Of a stretch of DNA of 64,000 nucleotides, positions 50,554 through 61,144 are shown piece by piece. The stretch lies in NCBI RefSeq assembly GCF_006345805.1, contig NC_043014.1, positions 8,680,001-8,744,000 of the forward strand, read 5' to 3'. Numbering within the stretch: position 1 is the stretch's first letter; each line of letters begins with the position of its first letter. Made by a program: the position numbers and the translations under genes. The notes below the pieces were generated by a model. That model was not told where the DNA came from. It did no database searches and was given only the letters and a program-made list of their open reading frames with translations. The DNA comes from Octopus sinensis (taxonomy: Eukaryota).

Positions 50554-51897
50554 ATATTAACAGCGTTACCGTGCTGTCTCTCTGTACTAGTCTAAGTGTA
50601 ATAGTTCTGAAAGGAGTCTTCTAAGACCATACATAAGAAAGGAATGAAATTAATAGAGGGGGCACTATATCCCATGCCAGGTGTAGTAGAAGATATCAAG
50701 GCCAATTATAATGATTTTGTGGAATTTCTCAAGGGCAAGGAACTGGTATGTAACATAAAGAAAGTCTCCAGAAAACTTGGTTGTGTGGTCGGAAGCTGTA
50801 CTGGGATTTTTTTTAGGGAGGTATTCTTTTGTTCTTTCATTCTTTCACTTGTTTCAGTCATTTGCCCGTGGCCATGCTGGAGCACCATCTTGAAGGATTT
50901 TGGTTGTGGTCTCTTTTGCCAAAGTGCTAAGTTACAGGGATGTAAACATACCAACATAGGTTGTCAAGTGGTGATTGGGGTGTGGACAAACACACTACAC
51001 ACATATTTATACATGATGGGCTTGTTTCAGTTTCTGTCTACTAAATCCACTCAGAAGACTTTGGTTGGCCCAAGACTATAGTAGAAGACACTACCCAAGG
51101 TGCCATGCAGTGGGACTGAACCTGGAACCATGTGGTTGGGATGATAGTGAAAGTTGACAAATGAAATGATTGGCTGATGGCTATTTCTTATCATGTTCAA
51201 AAAAGAAAGAAAGGGAAAAAGAGAGAGAGAGTGAAAGAGGGAGACAGACAGAGATAGTGAGTGAGAGAGGGACAGAGAGAGAGAAGACAGACAGACAAAA
51301 ACACACAGAGAGATCAATAAACTAGCTAGAAATAGGGACCATCTTTTAAACAGGAGTGGGGAGCAGATTTGGATTGGTGGGGAGAGGGGGAGGGAGAAGA
51401 GAGGGAGGGAAGAAGGGATCAGCTGTGTAAGATATTGTCATTGGATTTAAGAGTAGTGTTGAGAGAGAGAGAGAGAGAGAGAGAGTAAGGTCATTAGAGG
51501 ATGAAAGGGAGAGAGAGAGTGAGTGGGAGAAAGAAAGGAGGAGAGAGAGAGAGAAAAGAAGAAAGAAGAAAAAGACAGTAAGAGAGGGGACAGAAAAGAC
51601 AGAAAGGTGGGGGAGAAGGAAAGACAGGGAGACAGGAATTCAGATCCCAAAAAGGTTCGGTCAGTCTTTATCAGTTGCTCTGTGATTAAGAAAGTCGATT
51701 TTTAATCCACAAGGTCTCAGGTTCAGTTTCACTGAATGGTACTTCGTCCTTTAGCCTAAGTAGGATGAACTGGCTGCTGTTTCTAGCCAGTCAAATGACC
51801 ATGTAGAGACTCCTTCAGTAACTGTTGTCAGTGCAGTTGTGACTGTCAATGTATTATTATTATTATTATTAATAAAAGAATTAATTATTATTATTAT

Positions 51898-51973
51898 GTA
51901 CTAGTTGTAGTTGTAGTAGTTGTGGTGATCATAAGGGTAGTGGTGGTGGTAGTGGCGGTAATAGTGTTGGTTA

Positions 51974-52007
<34 letters not shown>

Positions 52008-53070
52008 GGAAGTGGTGGTGGTGGTAGTATTAGTAGTGGTGGTGGTAGTAATAGTGTTGGTTATAGTAGTAGTAGTGGTGGTGGTGGTAGTAGTAGTGGA
52101 AGTGGTGGTGGTGGTGGTAGTAGTAGTGGAGGTGGTAGTAATAGTGTTGGTTATAGTAGTAGTAGTGGTGGTAGTAGTGGAAGTGGTGGTAGTAGTAGTA
52201 GTGGAGGTGGTAGTAATAGTGTTGGTTATAGTAGTAGTAGTGGTGGTGGTAGTAGTGGAAGTGGTGGTGGTGGTAGTAGTAGTAGTGGAGGTGGTAGTAA
52301 TAGTGTTGGTTATAGTAGTAGTAGTGGTGGTGGTAGTAGTGGAAGTGGTGGTAGTAGTAGTAGTGGAAGTGGTGGTAGTAATAGTGGTGGTTATAGTAGT
52401 AGTAGTGGTGGTGGTAGTAGTGGAAGTGGTGGTGGTAGTAGTGGAAGTGATGGTGGTGGTAGTAGTAGTGGTGGGGGTTGTAGTGGTGGTGGTAGTGGCG
52501 GTAATAGTGGTGGTTATAGTAGTAGTAGTGGTGGTGGTAGTAGTGGAAGTGGTGGTGGTAGTAATAGTGGTGGTTATAGTAGTAGTAGTGGTGGTGGTAG
52601 TAGTGGAAGTGGTGGTGGTAGTAGTGGAAGTGATGGTGGTGGTAGTAGTAGTGGTGGGGGTTGTAGTGGTGGTGGTAGTGGCGGTAATAGTGGTGGTGGT
52701 AGTAGTAGTAGTGGTGGTGGTAGTAATAGTGTTGGTTATAGTAGTAGTAGTGGTGGTAGTAGTAGTGGAAGTGGTGGTGGTGGTAGTAGTAGTAGTGGTG
52801 GTAGTAATAGTGTTGGTTATAGTAGTAGTAGTGGTGGTGGTGGTAGTAGTAGTGGAAGTGGTGGTGGTGGTAGTAGTAGTAGTGGAAGTGGTGGTAGTAA
52901 TAGTGGTGGTTATAGTAGTAGTAGTGGTGGTGGTGGTAGTAGTGGAAGTGGTGGTGGTAGTAGTGGAAGTGATGGTGGTGGTAGTAGTAGTGGTGGTAGT
53001 AGTAATAGTGGTGGTTATAGTAGTAGTGGTTGTAGTGGTGGTGGATATAGTAGTAGTAGTGGTAGTAGTA
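51898..53070. repeat. Compound (GTA/GTG)n trinucleotide repeat with higher-order units
   Basis: Recurrent GTAATAGTGTTGGTTATAGTAGTAGTAGTGG and GTGGAAGTGG punctuation. Confidence 0.9.
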
Positions 53071-54375
53071 GCCTTGTTCTGTCCATCCCTTTCACACTTA
53101 TCTCTCAAACCAAGCATAGGATAGAGGGGGCAGCAGGGAGGAGGGGAGGACAGAGATGAGACAGACGGGGGGGGGTAGTAGGGGGTGAGGATGGAGGATG
53201 AGGAAGCTGACAAAGGAAGCTGTGTGTTGGTGGGTGGGGGGGGGCAGGGAAGGAGAGTAAAGTAGGTGGGTAGATTGTGGGGTGGCTGACTGCATATAGG
53301 AAGTGGCAGTGTGTGGCGGTGAGGGGGGAACAAACGGCACCCCTTCCTCATATCCCCCACCCAGCAGCCCTTGAAAACAGAGGGGAGAGGTTGGAGATAG
53401 TGACAAACAGTGGGGGTCACACACACATAGGGACAAGGGGGTAAGAGTGGGAGTGGTGGTGCTTTGTCAACCAAGGGGCAGAAAATAGCTTGTCTGTGAA
53501 GTGATATGGGGTGGGGGGAAGGATTTCACACTTCTGTAGGAGTGATAAGGGGGTGCGGTCACAGAAACTGAGGCGGTGGTGTTGGTGGGTGGTAGCATTG
53601 GTGCTGAGGGTGATGGTATTGGTGGTTGTGATGGTGATGGTGATGGTGGTGTTGGTAGTTGTGGTGGTGTTAGTGATGGTGGTGTTGGTGGTTGTGGTGG
53701 TGGTGTTGGTAGTGTTGGTGGTGACTGTGGTGATGGTGTTGAAGCTGATGGTGATGGTGCTAGCGGTGGTGTTGATGGCAGTAGTAGGGGTGATAGTGTT
53801 GGTATTGGTGGTAGTAAGAGCAGTGGTGGTGGTGCAATAATATTTGCAGTTCCACCCCCTTGCATTACTAAAACAACAACTGGAAAACAACCCCAGCCTT
53901 CTTATCTCTTCTACTTCCTCTACCCATCATGCAATGCTGCTCAGTCTTGCATGACAACAAGGAGTTAGAACTGTGTCAAAAATAAACCTAAATCTGTCCC
54001 AGACAGTAATTCTCACTCATGGCTCAGTGGTTAGAGCGTTGGGCTTACAATTATGATGGTGAGTTTAATTCCCAGACTGGGCTATGTGAGGGGGTGTCAC
54101 ACACAGGGGCAAGGGGATAAGACACTTTATTTTAGGTTACTCCACTTCACTCAGCTGTAGGAATGAGTCGCGATGTCACTGGTGCCAGGCTGTATCGGGG
54201 GGGGGCCCTTTCCCTTGGATAACATTGGTGGCATGGAGAGGGAAAACTGATATGCATGGCTGACTGCTGGTCTTCCATGAACAACCTTGCTCAGAATGTG
54301 CCTTGGGAGGCAGGGAACTTTCTATGTGCAATCCCATGCTCATTCATAACCGAAGGGGGGTCTTTACCTTTTACC

Positions 54376-54429
<54 letters not shown>

Positions 54430-54435
<6 letters not shown>

Positions 54436-54623
54436 TTCTAGTTTCAGCACAGAGCTGCGACCATGCTGATGCACCGCCGTTTTGTGCCACACTGTTATTG
54501 CGACAAACCTCATCTAATATGTGGCACTTGGTGAAGAATGGAGTTTGATACAGCTACTCTCATTTGCACCTCTTGCCGTGAGGTAGGTTCATCTGGGACT
54601 CTTGACAGGAAGATGTCCAGCTT
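54430..54623 (-). mobile_element. 5'-truncated LINE 3' end (ORF2 C-terminus, 3' tail, poly-A)
   Basis: Translates KLDIFLSRVPDEPTSRQEVQMRVAVSNSILHQVPHIR*, resembling the C-terminal LDxFLxxVPDEP...SNS motif of CR1-group-like LINE ORF2. Followed by GGCGGTGCATCAGCATGGTCGCAGC...GCTGAAACTAG(A)n. Confidence 0.7.
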
Positions 54624-55330
54624 TAATTATATATATATATATTAAATATTATATATATATGTATATATATATATACACTTTCCTATTTTTTTTACTACCC
54701 ACAAGGGGCTAAACACAGAGAGGACAAACAAACGGATTAAGTCGATTATATCGACCCCAGTGCGTAACTGGTACTATTTAATCGACCCCTGAAAGGATGA
54801 AAGGTGAAGTCGACCTCGGCGGAATTTGAACTCAGAACGTAACGGCTGACGAAATACGGCTACGCATTTCACCCGGCGTGCTAACGTTTGTGCCAGCTTG
54901 CCGCCTGTATACATACACTTTCCATCAACCAAATCCACCCATAAGGGTTTGGTCGGCCTAAGACTATATTAACAGACCCCTGCTCAAGGTGCTATATAAT
55001 GGGACAGAACCCAGAACCATGTGGTTGAGAAGCAAACATCTTACCACTGAGCCATACCTGCGCTACATGCATACATACGCACACACACACACACACACAC
55101 ATGTACATTCAAGGACATTTATGTGAACACATTCACCAAATATGTGGCAACACACATATATTTACAAACATATGATGCATTACAAGTGTCATTTAATTTC
55201 TCATGTGTCGGCTTTAGAAGGAAGTTGTATCTGATTGCTCCCAGACTCCCACTCTCTCATAAGTAACAGCTCTTCCTTGTTATTTTAGTGATCAATATGT
55301 GTATACAGAAGCTGAAAGAAGCCAATCATC

Positions 55331-55712
55331 TGTGTGGTAAGTAGCTTGTTTACCAACCACATGGTTCCGGGTTCAGTCCCACTGCGTGGCACCTTGGGCA
55401 AGTGTCTTCTACTATAACCTTGGGCTGACCAAAGCATTGTGAGTGGATTTGGTAGACGGAAACTGAAAGAAGCCTGTCGTATATATGTATATATATGTTT
55501 GTGTGTCTGTGTTTGTCCCCCTAGTATTGCTTGACAACCGATGCTGGTGTGTTTATGTCCCCGTTACTTAGCGGTTCGGCAAAAGAGACCGATAGAATAA
55601 GTACTGTTCTTACAAAAGAATAAGTTCCGGGGTCGAGTTGCTCGATTAAAGGTGGTGCTCCAGCATGGCCACAGTCAAATGACTGAAACAAGTAAAAGAG
55701 AGAGTAAAAGAG
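55331..55712 (+). mobile_element. tRNA-derived SINE family A
   Basis: Same as 6246-6632, slightly 5'-clipped. Confidence 0.8.
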
Positions 55713-56774
55713 TATATGAGTCACCATGATAGATCGTTAGCCACTTCACACATTTTTTTTCTCTCCTTGTTTTTTCTGTGTCCCTTTCTGTAGAAGAGCG
55801 TAGGCTCAAAACGTAAAGGATTTTTTCTATTCCTGAGCATTATACTAATACATCTGTTTGTTTTGTACACCACCTGTCTTTGTACTTTGTTTTTTTTTTC
55901 GAAAACTCTCCCTATATATATACATATATGGCGGTGCCCCAGCATGGCCACAGCTCATGAGCTGAAACTAGAATCAATCAATCAATCAATCATACATATA
56001 TATATATACATATATTGGTATGGGTGTGACTCTGTAGTAAGGGGCTTGCTTCCTAACCACATGGCACCTTGGTCAAGTGTCTTCTGCTATTGCCACAGGC
56101 TGACCAAAGTCTTGTGAGTGGATTGGGTAGAAAGGAAACTGAAAGAAGCCTGTCATATACATATATATATGTATCTGTATATGTGTGTCCTTGTGTCTGT
56201 ATTTGTCCCCTACATCACTGCTTGATAACCAGTGTTGGTGTGTTTCCGTCTCTGTAACTTAGAGGTTTGGTTAAAGACACTGATAGAATAACTTCTAGTC
56301 TTACAAAGAATAAGTCCTGAGATCGATTAGTTTGAGTAAAACCTATTTCTTTACTACCCACAAGGGGCTAAACATAGAGGGGAAAAACAAGGACAGATAA
56401 AGGTATTAAGTCGATTACATCGACCCCAGTGTGTAACTGGTACTTAATTTATCGACCCCAAAAGGATGAAAGGCAGAGTCGACCTCGGCGGAATTTGAAC
56501 TCAGAAAGTAGCGCCAGACGAAATACTGCTAAGCATTTCGCCCGGCGTGCTAACGTTTCTGCCAACTCGACGCCATGTGGTTGGGAAGCAAGCCCCCTTA
56601 CCACAGAGTCACACCCGTGCCAATATATATATATATATATATATATCATACATACATACAACACTACATACATATATATATAAAGTTAATCCAAACATGA
56701 AAGCACAAAAAAACACAAAACAACACGAGGACGTGGAACAAATAGTATTATTGGACGCTCAGGAAAGAAGGAGG

Positions 56775-56809
56775 GTTTAACGTTTCGAGCGGAGCTCTTC
56801 GTCGGAAAC
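56775..56809 (-). ncRNA. Minimal hammerhead motif (family 1, U4C variant), intronic and sense to the Cas gene
   Basis: Same motif as 11166-11200, in element 56683-56880. Confidence 0.62.
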
Positions 56810-57923
56810 ATGGGAGAAGGAAAGATCCAGAGAAGGGAAGACGGAGGAAAAAATCGCCAACGGTACACACGAGGTCACATTTTGATATGTATTTTCTTTG
56901 ACTGAAACATTTTACGGCAGTGCTCCAGCATGACCCCAGTCAAATGACTGAAACAAGTACAAAGACAAAAGAATAAGATTTCATACGACATAGATGAATC
57001 ATTTGATTGTATAATTAAGGGTAGATCCAACTACCCCCAACCAAAAGACAGATTTCATATGACCCTGATGAACCATCAGCCGATAGAATTAAGGGCTGGT
57101 CCAACCACCCCCAACCAAACACATTTCATTGATTGCAAATGCGTGGAAGACCAGTCAAATGGTCGGAGGGGTAAGGAGACTAGGGCTCTGTGTGGGTGCT
57201 GACTTGATCAGCAGAAAAGCCCTGGGACAGGGGACGTAGAATTATCAATCATTTGTAGCTCACTACTCTGTTACATCGAAAGGGACCCCCATAAAAGGAC
57301 ACAATATAAGAACATACATGAATAAGGGGTCTTCTTTTTTTTTATTTTTACACATCACTTCTTTACCTCTCCCTCCCCCTCATTTATTGTTTGAAGCTAA
57401 TCTAGGTGGTGGTAGTGGTTATTGCTGTGGTGGTGGTAGTGGTTCTGGTGATGGTGAGTGTGGCAGGGGTAGTGTTGGTGATAGTTGTCATGAAGGTGGT
57501 GGCAATGCTGAAGGAGGCGGTGATTGTAGTGATGGTGGTGAGGTTGTGGTGGTGGTGGTGGTGGTGATGATGGCCCTTTCATTTTTGCGGTTGGTTATTG
57601 CTAAAAATAGCATCCTTAATTTTTTTTCCCCTTCTGGTGGGGTTAGTAGGTCAACAGTGGTGGGGGTGTGGGGGGGCGGAGGGAATATGACTGATGTGTC
57701 TCATGGCAGTTGTCCCCTGTCGGTTATATCAGTCTGTCTGGGATTTCCCAGGGTTTTGCAAGAACAGGGGACTAAAAATAAAATGTTCACTAGACCCCAA
57801 TTAATTGATATATTAACACACTGTCTTTGTGTTTATGAGAGAGAGAGAGGGGGAGAAAGAAGGATGGAGAGGAGAGAGAGAAAGAGTGAGTGTGTATGTG
57901 AGGGGGAGGAGAGAGTGAGAGTT

Positions 57924-57957
<34 letters not shown>

Positions 57958-58030
57958 TGTGTGAGGGAGAGTGTATGAGTGTGGAAAGAGAGTGATGTGT
58001 GAATGGGGGGAGAGAGTGCATTTGTGCAAT

Positions 58031-58585
58031 ACCTATTTTTTTATTGCCCACAAGGGGCTAAACACAGAAGGGACAAAACAAGTCCAGACAAACGGATTAA
58101 ATCGATTACATCGACTCCAGTGCGTAACCGGTACTTAATTTATCGACCCCGAAACGATGAAAGGCAAAGTCGACCTCGGCGGAATTTGAACTCAGAACTT
58201 AACGGCAGACGAAATACCTATTTCTTTACTACCCACAGAGTAGTAAAGAGAGGACAAACAAGGACAGACACACGGATAAAGTTGATTATATCGACCCCAG
58301 TGCATAACTGGTACTTATTCAATCGACCCCGAAAGGATGAAAGGCAAAGTCGACCTCGGCGGATTTTGAACTCAGAACATAGTGCCAGGCAAAATACCTA
58401 TTTCTTTACTACCCACAAGGGGCTAAATATAGAATGGACAAACAGATTAAATCGATTACATCGACTCCAGTGCGTCACTGGTACTTAATTTATCGACCCC
58501 CGAAAGGATGAAAGGTAAAGTCGACCTTGGCGGAATTTGAACTCAGAACGTAGCAGCGTCCAGCGTGCTAACGATTCTGCCAGAT
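58031..58585 (-). mobile_element. SINE family C, three tandem units
   Basis: Same unit as 49744-50553. Confidence 0.72.
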
Positions 58586-58960
58586 CGTGCAATGCCTCCG
58601 CCTTTGCTAGGGCACAGGTAAAGCAGACAATTTAATCAAAGACGTTCCAGCCATGACCATCTTACCTATTTTTCAGATAATGTAAATGGGACTACATACG
58701 GTCATTTTTCATAGCATTTTTTCCGATGGCTGGATAACTGAAAAGATGGTGGCATGGATTTCCACCTCGGCATCCGAAACTTGGAGTTTTATCAAGACTA
58801 CCGAATAATTGTCACATATTATATTTACAGATAAATTCCTCTATTTACATAATATCAAGGTCTCTTTCTTTCTTTCGTTATCTTACCGTTTTTAGCAATA
58901 TATATTATATATATATATAATATTATATATATATATATATATATACATACATACATACAT

Positions 58961-59352
58961 ACTCTTTTACTTGTTTCAGTCATTTGACTGCGGCCATGCT
59001 GGAGCATCGCCTTTAATCGAGCAACTCGACCCCGGGACTTATTCTTTTGTAAGCCCAGTACTTATTCTATCGGTCTCTTTTGCCGAACCGCTAAGTAACG
59101 GGGACATAAACACACCAGCATTGGTTGTCAAGCAATGCTAGGGGAACAAACACAGACACGCATATATATATTATATATATATACATATATACAACGGGTT
59201 TCTTTCAGTTTCTGTCAACCGAATCCACTCAAGGTTTTGGTCGGCCTGAGGCTATAGTAGAAGACACTGGCCCTAGGTGCCATGCAGTGGGACTGAACCC
59301 GGAACCATGTTGTTGGTAAACAAGCTACTTACCACACAGCCACTCCTGCGCC
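58961..59352 (-). mobile_element. tRNA-derived SINE family A, full length
   Basis: Reverse-complement copy of family A. Confidence 0.85.
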
Positions 59353-59852
59353 TATATATATATATATATATATATACATACATACATACATACACACACA
59401 CTCACATACTGGATGTGAGGGTACAAAAACACCTTGAGCATATCCGATGCACCCCTATATCAGTAGCACCTGTTTCAGAAAAAGGGAGTATTAGGGACAA
59501 AATTAGCTCAAGGAAGGCCCAACATTCCATATAGGACCCAGACTGATTTTTTGAGGCACTATTCTAACAAAAAAGAAGAAAAAAAAAAGAGTTCTCCTTA
59601 TATGCTATTAAGTACAGTGTATATATACATACATATATATGTGCGTGAGAGAGTGTATATGAATAATACACATGTGTATGAGAAGGAATGGCTTTGATAT
59701 GTATATAAATAGAAAAGAGAGGAAAACACTCTTAAAGCTGAAATTTCAGCGTGTCTTTTAAGTGCATAGATGCACATATATAAATGTGTGCGTATATATC
59801 TGTATGAGTGTGTGTGTGGATGTCTTTGTTAGTATTAATCACATCTACATAC

Positions 59853-60143
59853 CTTATTTGGTGTCACATCCCAGCTCCGTCGATGCCAGTTACTAGCGAG
59901 CGAAGAATTCATGTCAAAGCTGCTGGAATCCTTATTTGGCGTGGAGGCGAGGTTGGACATGCCAGTAAGAATTTTAAGGCGGTTTCCTGGGGCAATACCA
60001 GTCTTTCCTCGGAATGTGCACCGCCACCATCCCAGCATGCCATCCGTGTCTTGTTCAAGAACTGCGAGGACATCTCCACGCCGAAATGCAAGTTCGTTAG
60101 CGGACTCTGCTAGATTGTCATATATGGCTTTGGCAAGGGTAGT
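59853..60143 (-). CDS. BCAR1: Cas-family adaptor (BCAR1/p130Cas-like), SH3-domain coding exon (97 codons, phase 0-0)
   Basis: Translation TTLAKAIYDNLAESANELAFRRGDVLAVLEQDTDGMLGWWRCTFRGKTGIAPGNRLKIL closely resembles the p130Cas SH3 domain. Polypyrimidine tract plus TTTTGCAG acceptor just before 60143. AAG|GTATGT donor after 59853. Confidence 0.93.
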
Positions 60144-60258
60144 CTGCAAAAGAAAAAGAAGAAAGAAAAATTACATTATATATATAGATAGGTGTGTGTG
60201 TGTTCATGTGTGGATGTGTGTGTGTGTATTTATATACATATATATATATATATATATA

Positions 60259-60551
60259 TCACCGTCACTGTCACCGACCAGGCTATCAGATGTTGCTACA
60301 CATCGCTGGTCACAATGTGCTTCGCATTGTTTTAGCCTTCAAATGATGCCACCCCGCTGGCTAAGCGAGCAGGCCAACAGAAGAAAGAGTTAGAGAAAGT
60401 TGTGGCGAAGGAGTACAGCAGGGATCGCCACCACCCGATGCCAGAGCCTCATGGAGCTTTTAGGTGTTTTCACTCAATAAACACTCACAACGCCCGGTCT
60501 GGGAATCGAAACCGCGAGTCCGCTGCACTAACCACTGGGCCATTGCACCTC

Positions 60552-60553
<2 letters not shown>
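60259..60553 (-). mobile_element. tRNA-derived SINE family B
   Basis: Reverse-complement copy of the 26086-26380 type. Confidence 0.75.
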
Positions 60554-60595
<42 letters not shown>

Positions 60596-60794
60596 CACAT
60601 ACAATATATATATATATACATATACACACACATACAAATATCAGCAAAATTTAGAGAGAGTAAATTTACAATACTATCATGTTCTTAAGAACGAAATCAA
60701 CCTCACTGTCTGTATATCTACCCTCTTTATAATGTTGGCAAATGAAATAGAGATAAGAATGTGCATTGTCCGTTTGATTGGAAAATTTCGATAA

Positions 60795-60880
60795 GTGGCT
60801 GAAGATTGCTCAACATTTTAAAACTGATGTAATACTTACAGTGTTTAATAAAATGAAGTAGCATGAAACAACTGTACCAC
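60795..60880 (+). ncRNA. Type I hammerhead motif with extended stem II (family 5, diverged)
   Basis: gugg CUGAAGA uugcu...agcau GAAA caacug UA ccac. Stems covary relative to 18516-18601. Confidence 0.7.
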
Positions 60881-61144
60881 GCTACTTTGGATATACTTGT
60901 TGCTTATTTTGATTATATATATATATCATAATAATAATAATAACATGAGGGAATATTATTCCAAACTTACAGGGAAAAATTCAATTTAGAAATACTAAAT
61001 CAAATTTCACAAAAATATAATATTATATATACAAAGAGCAATAAAGATTCAAGTTAATTTAAATGAATTTACTTGAATATGGTACCTAACTTAGATGCAC
61101 CAAAAAAAACTATACTGATTTAACAATACAGTAATGTGGGTGAT

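Noticed and set aside
51894-53474. 526-aa Thr-rich mucin-like ORF (-) and 400-aa poly-Val ORF (+)
   Set aside because: Open only because ACN and GTN triplet repeats lack stops. It lies in a Cas intron, has no ATG-anchored domain, and has low-complexity flanks.
56976-57120. Diverged 74-bp tandem pair containing CTGATGA
   Set aside because: No proper GAAA or UH arrangement and unrelated to the 73-bp array. Treated as an ordinary old duplication.
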